In this document: positions 13,541 to 27,065 of the stretch, one piece after another | Position numbering within the stretch: position 1 is the stretch's first letter | Layout of the letters: each line of letters opens with the position of its first letter | DNA from: Octopus sinensis | Lineage: Eukaryota | NCBI RefSeq assembly: GCF_006345805.1 | Contig: NC_043003.1 | Coordinates: 52,452,001-52,516,000 of the forward strand | DNA length: 64,000 nucleotides | Direction: 5' to 3' | Position numbers and translations under genes: made by a program | Notes under the pieces: generated by a model | Seen by the model: the letters and a program-made list of their open reading frames with translations, nothing else | Database searches by the model: none | What the model was told of the DNA's origin: nothing

Positions 13541-13925
13541 AGGCACAGGAGTGGCTGTGTGGTAAGTAGCTTGCTTACAAACCACATGGTTCCGGGTTCA
13601 GTCCCACTGCGTGACACCTTGGGCAAGTGTCTTCTACTATAGCCTCGGGCCGACCAAAGCCTTGTGAGTGGATTTGGTAGACTGAAAGTGAAAGAAGCCC
13701 GTCGTATATATGTATATGTATGTGTGTGTCTGTGTTTGTCCCCCCAACATCGCATGACAACTGATGCTGGTGTGTTTACGTCCCCGTAACTTAGGGGTTC
13801 GGCAAAAGAGACCGATAGAATAAGTACTGGGCTTACAAAGAATAAGTCCTGGGGTCGATTTCCTCGACTAAAGGTGGTGCTCCAGCATGGCCGCAGTCAA
13901 ATGACTGAAACAAGTAAAAGAGTAT
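13541..13925 (+). mobile_element. SINE family B (tRNA-like head, CORE-like ccttgggcaagt segment, internal (TA/TG)n); representative copy
   Basis: Near-identical copies at ~1912-2256(+), 7248-7630(+), 8545-8925(-), 42830-44045(-, split), 44810-45170(-), 46155-46535(-), 55740-56175(-), 61711-62135(+). B-box gggttcagtccc. Confidence 0.88.
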
Positions 13926-15700
13926 ATGCAACACAAAAACATCGAAGTTTGCTACACATGATATATACAACAGCAAAGTTAGCTAATTATTCTCTGTAGT
14001 TGCATGTGCACCAGATAATCAGTGGTGAGGTGTTTTGAGATCTGTCAAACTCACAAACAGCAGGGGATAAAAAAAGGGTAAACCCAACATAGATGTAAAA
14101 TGAAATACAATTAGGTAACCACTACTTCATATAATCTGAAATTCATAAAAAAATATACAAATCTGTGAAGGCTAATTTGAAACAATCACATCTGGCTATA
14201 AGAGTAGAAAGATAATAACACCCAGCACACTATAAAAAGAAAATCTGAGATTAGTTGTTGATGATAATAGCAGCAGTTACAACAACAATTTAATGTCTAC
14301 TTTTTCATGCTTGCATAGGTTAGATGGAAAATTTTTATTTTGAGACAGATTTTCTATAGCTGGATGCCCTTCCTGTCATCAACCTGCACCTGCTTCCAGA
14401 TAAAGTAATATTTCCCCATGGCCAGACATGTTTCTCAAGAAAGACTAGAAACGAACAGCATTACTTGTATAACAGTGATGATATGGAAATATGCTGTGCT
14501 TGAGAAGACCCGGCAAGCCAAGTGAGACCATAACCTTGTAGCCTAAGCCAGGGGTGTAACCAGCCCACTTATGCGTACCTTCCCTTCATTGGACACTGCT
14601 TGCGAAGACCTGTTGAGGCAAGTGAAATCAGAATCGAAATCAAATTCGATGACTGGCATCTGTTCTAGTGGAGCACTAAGAGCACCATCTGAGCGTGATC
14701 GTTGCCAGAGCAGCTAACTGGTGTTCATGCCGGTGGCACATAAAAAGCACCATTCGTGTGTGATCGTTACCAGTGTTGCCTTACAGGCACTTGTGCCGGT
14801 GTGCAGGTGACACGTAAAAAAACCCCAAAAAAGCAGGATTTTCCGTGACCATTGCCAGTACCACCCAACTGGCCCTCGTGCCAGTGACACGTAAAAGCAC
14901 TCACTACACTCTGAGAGTGGTTGGCATTAGGAAGTGCATCCAGCTGTAGAAACTCTACCAAATCAAGATTGGAGCCTGGTGCAGCCATCTGGTTCGCCAG
15001 TCCTCAGCCAAATCGTCCAACCCATGCTAGCATGGAAAGCGGATGTTAAACGATGACGATGACTTGGTTACTATTTCTAGCAAGCTGAGCAACAACGAGG
15101 GAATTTCTTTTAAGATAATTAAAGACAGCGATGATTAATTACCATTATTTATCTTTGAGTCATATGTAAAACAGGTTAGTCAAGCAATCACCCAGAATAA
15201 TTGTATCAATTAATTTTAGCTATGGTCACATGATAAAATATACTTGGTCCATACTATCAAACATAACAACAAAGTTGGCTGGTTTTCTCTGTTGCTGTTG
15301 TGCAAGATGTTGTGGGTTGTGTTGATTCTTCAAACCCATGCTTGCATGGTAAAATAGACAGAAAATGATGAAGTTGATGATGAAGACACAGCCTTTTAAA
15401 TCTTGTCATCTATATTTTTCTCTTTAAGTGTGTTACACAGAAAGAAGAATTATTGATTTCTAATAGTGGCACACATAGCCACATATTTTGAGAAAGGATA
15501 TATTTGATAAAATTAACTGCAATAATTGACTGATACTTTTTTTTTTATTGATCTTGGGAAGAGGAAAGACAAAGTTGACTTACACAGGAATTGAACTCAG
15601 AAGCTAAAAGACCTATAACTAACTATTACAAGGCATTTTAGCTGTGGCTCTAATGATTGTGCCAATCCATGCAGGGATATGAATTATTGATAAGACAAAC

Positions 15701-15883
15701 CTTTAAATCTTTCAGCTGACTTACACACTCTTTCATATGACCAGATTGTGGATTTAGAGTGAAATCAGAGATCTCTGTGCTAGCATCAACAGTAACTGAA
15801 TGAGGTCCATCTTGTCTGTACTTTAATAGATTCTTTGCAGCAAAAACAACACCTTCTTGTAGAATATTATCCACTGAAAATAC
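15701..15883 (-). CDS. BRCA2: BRCA2 exon, OB3 C-terminal half; 183 nt, phase 0/0
   Basis: Acceptor tcttttatattag|GTA; donor AAG|gtttgt. VFSVDNILQEGVVFAAKNLLKYRQD...SDFTLNPQSGHMKECVSQLKDLK aligns to human IIKPHMLIAASNLQW...FSASPKEGHFQETFNKMK. Overlaps track ORF 15650-15874. Confidence 0.92.
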
Positions 15884-16313
15884 CTAATATAAAAGAATAT
15901 GAATAATATAAATTATGTTATTTCAGTCAAAGAATAAATAATATTGATATCATTTAAATATTGGCAGAATTTTAATATTCACAGAATGTGTTACTCAAGA
16001 AATAAGTGCAGATGTGTAACTTTGGGCAAGTTTTCTATGATATGAACAAATCTTCGTGTGTGGATGTGGCAGACAGAAATTGAAAGACGCTTGTCATGTA
16101 CATATATATCTATATGTGTGTGTGCGTGTGTGTGTGCGTGTGTGTGTGTATGCCTCCTTGTCTTAACATTGTATGACAATTATAAAATGATTGTATGACA
16201 AATGACTGTCATGAAAACAAGTGAGGGTTGGCAACAGGAAGGGCATCTGATCAAAATCTGCCCCAATAAACTCCACCCTATGCATGCAAGCATGGAAAGG
16301 TGGATGTCAAACT

Positions 16314-16348
<35 letters not shown>

Positions 16349-17139
16349 CGTGAAAAGCACCAACTGAATGTGGCCGCTGCCAGCGCTGCCTTGACTGGTT
16401 TCTGTGCTGGTGGCATGTACAAATCACCAACCGAACATGGCCTATGCCAGTGCCACCTTGACTGGCTTCTGTGCCGGTGGCACGTAAAAAGCACCAACCA
16501 ATCGTGACTGCTGCCAGCCTCCCCTGGCATCTGTGCCGGTGGCACATAAAAAGCACCCACTACACTCACAGAGTGGTTGGTGTTAGGAAGGGCATCCAGC
16601 TGTAGAAACACTGTCAGATCAGACTGGAGCCTGGTGCAGCCTCCTGGTTTCCCAGATCCTGGTCGAACCGTTCAACCTGTGCTAGCATGGAAAATGGACG
16701 TTAAACAATGATGATGATGATAAAATAGGCTTCTTTCAGTTTCCATCTACCAAATCCACTCACAAGGCTTTGGTTGGCCTGAGGCTATAGTAGAAGACAC
16801 TTTCCCACACTGTGGGACTGAACCCGGAACCATATGGTTGGTAAGCAAGCTACTTACCACACAGCCACTCTTAGAATTTTTAGCAAAATACTATTTGCTT
16901 CTCTGATTGTTGCAAAATGTGATATCTTTTTCTTTAGCAACATATTCATTAAACTGAATAAATCTTACTATACTGTTGCAATGAAAGAAAAAAAAAATGC
17001 TCACAGACTGTAAAGCATCCCTCATTGCTTTCATTATTAAGTTGGCACTATATTTTATTTCTTTTTATGTGTTCCAGGGCCAGATATCAATTCCAGTTTC
17101 ACAATTGGTTAGTGTTAAATTGGTTTTGACAATACAATT

Positions 17140-17480
17140 GATTTCCAATCTCGATTATTTGCAGTCATTGCATGATAACATACTGCAACGATTCCAAGAT
17201 TTCATTGCATTGTCTGTTTCGGTTTTGTACAGCTACCTGTTTGAAGTCCAAGTAATCATTTGTGAATATGATGTGTGAGAATAGTTCACAGAGTTACAAG
17301 ATCATAATGATGCTATAAGAATACAATATTGGTTTCATGGAAAACAAAGCTGTGACATCCAAAGTACACTGAATTCTCACCCCAATCTGTGAAAACACTT
17401 GAAGCGAATTTTTCTTGCCTTGTCAACATTAGCTGCAGAACACCAGCTGCAAGGATTGCACTGATATCTAAAGACAGAAC
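17140..17480 (+). mobile_element. Possible hAT (Charlie/SPIN-like) transposase relic
   Basis: YLQSLHDNILQRFQDF and FEVQV resemble the hAT C-terminal region; very degraded. Confidence 0.35.
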
Positions 17481-20400
17481 ATGTATACCAAACATTTGAT
17501 GTGACTACTTTCTTTAAAGAATGTTTTAATGTGAAAGCTGTTTATTGTTGTTTTGTATGAGACAATTTTTTCTGTATTCTTTTGAATATTTACTATACAA
17601 GTTTAGAGTAGAAAAACTTTACAAGAATAAGTGAGGCTAAAAACGGTAAGAACAGATGTAAACGATAGATTCCTAGACTAATTTAGAAGTTGACCTATCA
17701 GACGCACTTTTATCTCATATCTTATTTTACAATATACAGTTCTATTTATCTTTTGAATTTTCATACTGAATTTACAAACCATTAAACTATTTTGTTGAGA
17801 GAAGAAGGAAGTTTGCTGATATGAAGACATTTAATGTCAACTCAATAGGTCAGATTGAACGAGAGCTGATGCCAATGAAGGAAAATGCAAGCAATGTGAC
17901 CTCTGAGGGGTTAGGGAGTGAGATAGAGAAAAGAAGAAAAAAGATTAAGGAACTGATACACAATCCAAACAGGAATTAATTACAAGTTGTTGCTCTCCTA
18001 GATAAGTAGCCTGCTTGGCAGTTTGCAAAGTTCACGTCTCATACATATATTCTACCTGGGCAAGTTTTCTATGACTGAGTACTCTTCCTATCAAAAACTG
18101 GTTCATATTGTATACTGACTGTATTAAACCATATCACTGTCAGTAGAGAAGTATAAGAAGGTACCATCTACTTTGTATCAGTTGTTATTAGAAGTTACTG
18201 TTCTATTAGGCAGGTAGCCTGCATTACAGCATGTGCTCACATCTTGCTTGTACATATGGTTAATTGAGAGAATCATCATGTTGAGACACGGACTCTGTAA
18301 ACTTCATAGTAGGTTACCTGCCTGGGAAGGTAAGAACAGATATAGGATAGAACAAGTCCTCTTAGTATGGGACATCTATAATGAAAAAAAAAGGAGCAAA
18401 GTTTCCTTCTCAAGTCATACCAACTCATAAGGACCCAAGTTTCCATGGCATGTATATTCCCCACCTGGACGGAATGCCAGTCTACTGCAGGATTACTCAT
18501 TTTTGCCAGCTGAGTGGACCGGAGCAATGTGAAATGAATTGTTTTAATGAAGAACACAATATGTCGCCTGGTTTGTTCCTTCTTGAGCCCTGCGTGGCTT
18601 ATAAGGGCTCGTTTCCCGGTTTCTTTGGCGTATAGGTTACCCACTTGGACAGGACGCCAGTCTGTCGCAGGTGAGCTGCAAGATGCAGGATGAAAGAGTG
18701 AGAGAAAGTTGTGGCAAAAGAGTCAGCTGAAGTTTGCCATTACCTTCTGCTGGAGCCGCGTGGAGCTTAGGTGTTTCACTCATAAACACACACATTGCTC
18801 GGTCTGTGATTTGAACCCGCGATCCCTCGACCGCGAGTCCGCTGCTCTAACCACAAGGCAAAGAATATGTTACCTGGTCCAGGAACTGAAGCCACAATCT
18901 GACAACCATGAGTCCAACACTCTAACCACTAAACCACATGCCTTCTGATTACCTCTGTAGTGCACATGGCACAATTAAATGCATCCAATACACTCAGGTT
19001 ATTAAACTACAGAAAATATGACAAGACAGAAATGAGTGAAATACAGACTCTGTAAACTGCATGGCAGGCCACTCATCAAAGAGTGCAGTGACTGATACAG
19101 GTTAGAAGGGATACTTCAGTGCTTTTTGCTGTGACAACCACACATGCTGCCTCATGAGAGGAGGATAAAAGGGTCCCCTCTACCTGGTATTAGTTTTCAT
19201 TCAGAACTACTACCCTATTAGACAGGTAACCTGCAATGTGACTCTCACTGATGTAAGTCACAATTCCTCATATGTTCTATTTTTGGTATGATTATTTGGG
19301 GAGGGGAAGTGTTATTAAGGCATTTGGCAGGGGGTGGGTTTAACTACCTAGGTTATTTGTCCTGGAGGGTTACTATATACATAGAACACTCATACGTAAC
19401 CTCTCCATTCCACATCCTTATATTTCTTTCCCAAACCCCACAATAAACTTATTGTTTACATTTTTTTCATTGGTATCAACTTATGTTCAAGCTCATCCTG
19501 CCAACTGACTGAGTTTACTTCAACTTTCTTCATATCAACAGACTCCGTTCCTTTCAACGAAACAGATTAGAGGTTTGCAAATTCAGCATGAATAACCAAA
19601 AGCTAGAGAGAATAATTGCATGTTGTGTATCAAAAATGAAAGTGTCTCTATGAGGTTGATTTCTACACTGATTAAAATCAGAGGTTCTCAACTTTGTTTG
19701 GCGTAAGCATGTTACTTCACACATATTATTTATACAATAAACTGTGTAGTAAATCAAAAGGATACAAAAAGTAATTGTGCTCTTGTACAAAATAAAAATG
19801 GACGGCTTTCAAGCTAAAAATGTTTTCCATAGATGTAGGCAATGTATGGTGATGAAGAAGTTTGCTTTGCAATCATGTGGCTTCAGGTTCAGTCCTATTG
19901 CATGACACCTTGGGGAAGTGAGTTCCACTGTAGTCCCAGGCTGACCAATGCCTTGTGAGTAAATCTGGTAGACTGAAACTGTGTGAAAGCCATCATGTGT
20001 GTGTATACATATGTATGTGTGTATGTTTCTTTGTGTCTGTGTTTATTCCTCACCAGTTGACAACCAGGATTCATTTGTTTACATTCTCATAGCTTAACAG
20101 TTCAGCAAACGAGACTAAAAGAATAAGTATCAGACTTTAAAAGAATAAAAGAAGCAAAAAAAAAAAGTAAAGACAGATGTCAAGTTGGTGCCCCAGCATG
20201 GCAGAGTCCAAAGACTGAAACAAATAAAAAAAAAAGAAAAGGATAAAGGATTGTAGAGGTGCATGGCTTAGTGGTTAGGGTGTTGGACTCATGATCGTAA
20301 GATTGTGGTTTTGATTCCTGGACTTGGAGTGGTTGGCATTAGGAAGAGCATCCAGCTGTAGAAGCTCTGCCAGATCAAGATTGGAGCCTGGTGCAGCTGT

Positions 20401-20893
20401 CTGGTTTGCAGTCCTCAGTCAAATCGTCCAACCCATGCTAGCATGGAAAGCAGACATTAAACGATGATGATGATGATGATGGACTGGGTGATGCATTGTA
20501 TTCTTGAACAAAACACTTCATTTCCTGTTGCTCCAGTCAGTAAAAATGGTAAAACTCAGTTGGTAAAAATGGGTAGTCCATGATGGACCAGCGTCCCATG
20601 CAGGGAGGGGCATATACATCAGAAAAACCAGGAAACCAACCCTATGGTCCTCAGAGAGTAATGTGGACTAACCATATAATGTAAAGTACCAACATGAAAT
20701 GTTTGGTACAAGTATAGCGTTCAAACTGTAAGATAAATGTAACACAAAAGTTTGTGAATTCTCTCTTGCTGCATGGGCAAGATAATGTGAATCATTACAA
20801 TCCATCCAACCCATGCCAGCATCGAAAAATGGACGTATGATGATGAGGATGATGAAGAATACAAAACGATTGAAAGACGATATTAATTTTTAC

Positions 20894-20972
20894 CTGCATA
20901 TAACCCCAGAAACAAATTGTGAAAATGTTCCCTTCAACATCAACTGCATGTAACTGTTCAAGTTTATGTTGG
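20894..20972 (-). CDS. BRCA2: BRCA2 exon, OB3; 79 nt, phase 2/0
   Basis: Acceptor ttttttatactttcag|C; donor CAG|gtaaaa. QHKLEQLHAVDVEGNIFTICFWGYMQ aligns to human FVYLSDECYNLLAIKFW. Confidence 0.9.
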
Positions 20973-21047
20973 CTGAAAGTATAAAAAAAACACTTAAGAA
21001 TTTCTTTATTATGAGTATGAGAATGTATTAAATAAATAAATAAATAT

Positions 21048-21090
<43 letters not shown>

Positions 21091-21929
21091 AAGTGGGTGA
21101 CTAGAAGTAAGGAGTTAGGGATGAATACAGCAATGGTGTCCTTGAGCAAACAGCTAATGCAAGGGAGACAATAAATATTTCATAGCATTTGATGGGATAA
21201 GAATTTGAATTTGAAATTAAGGAATAAAAGGAATAGACATATAGTGGAGTCTGGTGCAGCCCCTCAGCTTATCAGCCCTGGTCAAACTATCCAACCCATT
21301 CCAGCATGGACAACAAATATTAAATTATGATGATGATGATGAAGAGAACACACAGTAATGAAGTCCTTAAAATTTCTAGTCAGTGGTAATCATGTATAGC
21401 ACTATTTTATTCTTTTTAAAAATCATCAGCATGACATAATCCAAGATATATTTAATCAAACATTAAATGAAATGAGATATTTGGTTATGGATGGAAAATA
21501 ATGACAGCTGGGAAAAAATTCATTGAATGTGTGGGTTTCTTTTTTTTTTTTTTTATAAGCAGATAGAAAAAGGGAAGGATATTGTAATCATTCTGACATG
21601 AAAATAAATAGTAGGGTTTAGAGAGTAGTGGTATGATAGTCATATAAACAGACAGAATAATTTAACAAAAAAAGTTTTAAATCAACCATCAATAATATCA
21701 AATGTAAGGTTTGTGTGGTTAAGAAGCTTTCTTTCCTACTATGTGGTTTCAAGTTCAGTCTCACTGCATGGTCTTTTGGGTAAGAGCCTTCTATTAAAAT
21801 CTAAGGCCAAACAAAGACTTGTGAGTAGATTTAGTACATGAAAAAAGCCTGCCTGCCTGCCATCCATCTATATATATATACATTTTTTTTATGGACCAAG
21901 ATATTCCTGATGGACATAGAAGTGAAGGT

Positions 21930-22850
21930 GTGTCATCTCAGGATGGACATATGATGAAAACAGGCCAACGCTGAAAGGATACCTGGATCCTGATGAACCA
22001 GATCTTCAATACCCAAACCATCACCACAAGTGTAACATGGAGTGAGACTGGGTTGCACCTTGTTTCTGATTGTGATTGGTTTCATCAAATGGAAAGCAAT
22101 GAATAGCCCCAATTTTGGGATGATGTGGGGACTAATGGATTTGGATTTCACAGATGATTAGGCATTATTAAACTGCAGCAAAGATATGCTATGTATCAGT
22201 GCTGAAAAGACCAAAGCCATGTCAACTGGTGGAGCCCAAGCAAAACTTGTCAGTCTTGGATAAGATGAAACTGAGTGTGTTGATAAGTTTACATATCTTA
22301 GAATTTGCATTTCCAACGACTGTAATGCAGAAGTTGACCAGGATAGGTAAAGCAATGTCAGTATTTGAATGTCTTCGTCCAATATGGAGATCAAAAACCA
22401 CCAACAAGAAGATAAAGTTGCAGGTATACTCATCTATTTTTTATACCAATGGCCATCTACATCTGTGAATCCTGGAAGAAGGCAACACAGATTTCAGTTG
22501 CTGGAAATGTTCCATTGATCCTGCCAACATTCAATTCTGGGATTCTCTTATCAGAACAAAGTGAAAAACAAAGAAGAGATGAAAAGAGCTAGTATGTGAA
22601 GTTTACAGGACATGGTGACTAAGTGGCAAATATGGTTTATTGGCCATGTGCTTTGAATACTGTAGGAGAGAGACATCCTACCAATGTGATGGAGTGGATG
22701 CTGAAAGGAGGTAAAAGAACAAGAGGAAGACCAAAAAGATATGGCACAGTACATTCTGGGATGAGGTGATAATGATGTGCATTGGCTTGAGTGGAGCCAG
22801 GAAGAAAGTGAACAATTGGGATGTTTGAAGAAGGCTTGTTGCTTGTTGTG
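21930..22850 (+). mobile_element. Degenerate RTE-type LINE relic
   Basis: KFTYL, RIGKAMSVFECLRPIWRSK, and ggaggaagacc/aagaggaagacc (RGRP) remnants with many stops. Confidence 0.65.
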
Positions 22851-23469
22851 CTGACAACACTGGAGGATCTAAAAGCTAAAAGTCAGTAAGGGTGGGGTGT
22901 GTCTGCCTGTATGTCTTTGTCTTTGGCATCACACGATGGTTGTAAATGAGCTACCATCATCACACAAGCAATGTTGTTCATTTCTAATCTTCCATGAAAA
23001 CATGTCTGGCTATGAGGAAATATTACTTTGCTAGGAACTAGGTGAAGGCATCTAGTTTCAATGAATTTTCTTGAACCCATGCAAGCATGCCAAAGTGGAT
23101 GTTAAAACAGTGATGAAATATTGATGACGATGATGATGATTCTATTGTAAATGACCTCAAGGAAATGGTAATCATAAAAATGGAGCCAGAATGGCAGAAA
23201 AAGTAAAATTAGAAATATCAAGAAAATGTTGTTAGCATGGTTCAATGTAGTAGGCCAGGAAATTAAAATTTATTGAAAACTGCAACTTTACTGATAAGAA
23301 CAAATCATTATCTGAATACTAATTCTGGTGATAAAAACCTAATAGAGACTAACTAAGAATGTTAATCAAACATGGAATGCAGCAAGGGATAAGTGTTGGT
23401 CTGTCTGTCTCTCTCTCTATATATCCAGATGCACACACAGATATATATATATATGTGTGTGTGTGTGAC

Positions 23470-23680
23470 TGCGTGTGCATCGTTGGCGATTTTCTTTCTC
23501 TGTTTTCCCTTCCTTGGATCTTTCCTTTTTCTATGTTTCTAATGAAGAGCTCTGCTCGAAACGTTACATCCTCCTTCTTTCTTTCCTTTCCTGAGCGTCC
23601 AATAACACTAAACTTGTTCCACATCCTCATGTTGTTGTGTTTTCTCTTTGTTCATGTTTGGATTAACTATACATATATAT
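23470..23680 (+). mobile_element. Penelope-type pseudo-LTR fragment with degenerate hammerhead-like core
   Basis: ctaatgaagagctctgctcgaaacgt at 23539-23564; homologous to the minus strand of 37500-37700. Confidence 0.6.
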
Positions 23681-23694
23681 ACAAATGAGTAACA

Positions 23695-23871
23695 AAGATG
23701 TACAGGTGTCAATTCATTACGGCCGTTTCAAGCAACTCCTTTAATTGATTAATGAAAACATTACATCATTTGAAAGAAACCGTTCTAATCAGATGACCAT
23801 ATAGACTTCAAATATAAGGGATACAACTATTTCCTTAACATATTCAATTCAATAATGGAACTCAAAATATT
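23695..23871 (-). mobile_element. Isolated 3'-UTR copy of the same HERO-like family, opposite orientation
   Basis: Reverse complement matches 25829-26020 (aatattttgagttccattattgaattg...tgacacctgtacatctttgttactca) at roughly 85-90% identity by eye. Confidence 0.85.
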
Positions 23872-24259
23872 TACATTGTGTTTTTTTTTTGTCATATCTG
23901 TGGCAGAATGAGTTTAGAAAAATAATGCACACCTTGTTAAGTCTACTATAATTTGGAGAGTAGCAGAGGAAATAGTGGGGGTGACCTAGTTACTTACATT
24001 TAGAAGACTTTATGTAGAATGTAGTCTTCAACCATTTAGAATTATATCCATTAGAGTTGTCAACTGTATTCTAGTTAATAGTGATAAATCAATTAATGTC
24101 AGACAATTTGCTAGACTCTCAATGTAGGGGGGGGGGGGGGGGGGCATACATCTAGCTTTATCTACATAAAAGGGTAGGGCGTAGGGGAATGCCTGGTGGG
24201 GGAAGGGGTGGTAATTGGAAGAAAGAAGGATAGGGACAGCCAATACTTATTTTGATTAT

Positions 24260-26020
24260 CATATTAAAGGGGAATATAATGAAAAAACAAAAGGATAAGT
24301 AATATAGACTTTAGGGATGACATTTAGAACTGAAGGATAAGGGAAATACTAAAATATAACTTAGTAAATTTATAATATTAAAGTGAGAAAATCAATGGTG
24401 AAAGAACAACAGATTTACTAAATAATAAGAAGCAAAGCAAAGCAAAGAAACATGATTTAGTGGGACAGGGACTAAAGGCAATTGACAGAACAACATTATA
24501 GGGGAAATTCAAGTGCTGGATAGTGCAATTTGGACTGTACTCAAGGATAATGTGGCCATTGCAAATGTATGAAATAGCCTCGAGTAGAGTAGAAAGGATG
24601 GAACAAAGATGCAGTATGTTTATCAGAAAATGGCTTGGTCTTCCAGAACCACTGAATACAACGGCACTATATGGAAAAGCCATGCGACAACAACCAATAA
24701 CATCAATCGCCGAAGAATATAAGGCAGGAAAGGCAAGGACAGTAATGATACTAAGATATTCGAAAGATTAGAACATTCGAGAAAACCCTCCAAAGGTACG
24801 AACAGGGAGGAAATGGAAAGCAGAAGCAGTAAACAGCGCAACTTGAAAGTTAAGGTAAGCTGATATAGTCAGAGCAACACAAGAAGCAAGAGCCGGTTTA
24901 GGGTCGCATAATTTCAAACCATTTTGCATGAGCAGTGTAAAAGAGATGAAAGAGGCAGTGGTATACGAAGTGAGAAAGGAGGAAGAAGAAAGGCAAAATG
25001 TATATTTGGTGCAATGTAGTCAACAGGGACAGTGCCTGAGATGGGAGGAATATGAGGTTAGTTGCAGAATCTCATGGAAGGAACTTTGGGCTTGAGAACA
25101 AGCAAGAACATCCTTCCTGATTAAGCCTACCTTCAACGTTTTTACCTTCACTGGCCAATTTAGTCTGGTGGAACATACAAATGGCTGATGAATGTAGATG
25201 CGGAGTGGAAATGATGGTGAGACATGTTCTGTCAAACTACAGGCGAGCACTAGACAGATATACATGGCATCACAATCAAGTCCTTAGTGTCATAAGCACA
25301 GCACTCAAGAAGATCGAGGGATATAATAGGGGAGAATACTCAAAAGTGGAAACGGAGAAGGAGGGAAAAGGACAAAAGGCGAGGCCTTGAAATAAAATAT
25401 ATGAGACAGATGAAAGATGGAAGGGATACTGGGAGCTGGCTATGGATTTAGAAAGACTGTTAAGATTTCCACTCATAAAAACAACAAAAAGACCGAACTT
25501 AATCCTATAGAATATAGAGTGGAAAATTGTAATTTTGCTACAGCTGACAGTGTCATGGGAAGAAAACATCCCTAATGCAGAGCAACGGGAGGAGAAAAGG
25601 TATGAGAGATTAATTGAAGAGTGCAGAGATCAAGGATGGACTGTCGAGTATTACCACCTAGCAGTGGAGGCTAGAGGCTTCAATGAAAGGAAAATGGCAA
25701 CGTTATTTAAAAGAAGGTTTGCCTTTTCGAGCTCAGAGCTGAGTGAAGTAATAAGGAGGATACAGGAGGCAGTCGATAAAGCCAGCTTCTATATATGGCT
25801 GAAACGAGAAGACCCAAAATGGCTTGAAATATTTTGAGTTCCATTATTGAATTGAATTGAATATATTAAGGAAATGGTTATGTCCTTTATGTTTGAAGTC
25901 TATGTGGTCATCTGACAAGAACGGTTTCTTTCAAATGATGTAATGTCTTCATTAATCAATTAAAATAATCACTTGAAATGGCTGTAATGAATTGACACCT
26001 GTACATCTTTGTTACTCATT
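24260..26020 (+). mobile_element. Degenerate 5'-truncated HERO-like non-LTR element with restriction-like endonuclease and 3' UTR
   Basis: YSRIMWPLQMYE...RKWLGLP, C..CG...HVLSN...RYTWHHNQVL, RPNL...LQLTVSWEENI...YERLIEECRDQGW...VEARGF (track ORFs 24523, 25181, 25535). Several stops and frameshifts. Confidence 0.85.
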
Positions 26021-26767
26021 TTTATTTTATTCACCTAACTTGGAATCTGCACTTTGGAAATATTATAGAAAGTACCTTTATAAAAAGTACATGTCTGAAT
26101 TACCAAAGCAGATATCCTTACTTAGCTGGGTTGGTAGGAATATCAGGTACAAACACCCCTGCACAGAGATGCTGGCGGCGGCGTCATCGTCGTTGTCATC
26201 ATCAACGTTTATTGTCCACTTTCCATGCTGGCATGGGTTGGACGATTTGACTGAGGACTGGCGAGCCAGATGGCTGCACCAGGCTCCAATCTGATTTGGC
26301 AGAGTTACTACAGATTGATGCCCTTCCTAACACCAACCACTCCGAGAGTGTAGTAGGTGCTTTTACATGCCACTGGCACGAGGGCCAGTCAGGTGGTACT
26401 GGCAACAGCCACACTCAAATGGTGTTTTTTTATGTGCCACCTGCACAGGAGCCAGTCCAGTGGTACTGGCAATGACCTCGCTTGAATAAATTTTTTACGT
26501 GGCAGTTAAGCAATGCTGGTAACGATCACGCTTGAATGGTGCTTTTTATGTGCCACCGGCATGGAATAGAAGATGGATTTAATATGAATCTTTATTCAGC
26601 ATGGCAACTCTTTCAACCCATCCTGTAGCTGTCCCTTATGGGTAGGATATTGTGCATCTAGTTGTATTGCATCAATCAGTGCAGGTTGTGTTTTTTCAGG
26701 TGCTTGGTGTAAAAAAGAGATATCCCACTACATATACTGAGTTCTTATTCTTGTTTGTTGCATGTTG

Positions 26768-26808
<41 letters not shown>

Positions 26809-27033
26809 TATATATATATATATATACATATCGTCTGGTCCCCATGCCGGTGGCATGTAAAAAGCACCCGCTACACTCATGGAGTGGTTGGCGTTAGGAA
26901 GGGCATCCAGCTGTAGAAACACTGCCAGATCAGACTGGGCCTGGTGCAGCCTCCTGGCTTCCCAGACCCCAGTTGAACCGTCCAACCCATGCCAGCATGG
27001 AAAGTGGACGTTAAATGATGATGGTGATGATAT

Positions 27034-27065
<32 letters not shown>

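Noticed and set aside
18770-18860. tRNA-like sequence on the minus strand (gtggttagagcagcggactcgcgg...gggttcaaatc), and other tRNA-like SINE heads
   Set aside because: No complete cloverleaf or acceptor stem, and the heads continue into SINE bodies; not tRNA genes.
19554-19790. ORF with TFIFDTQHAIILSSFW, mimicking BRCA2 YLSDECYNLLAIKFW
   Set aside because: It is a repeat (inverted homologue near 17740-17870), and a better exon exists at 20894-20972.
26122-26158. 37-nt minus-strand segment with good splice signals (ctctgtgcag|...|gtaagg), reading GVFVPDIPTNPA
   Set aside because: It starts in phase 1 but the upstream BRCA2 exon ends in phase 2; inclusion gives an immediate TGA, and the flanking exons already join in frame. 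At most an unproven poison exon.
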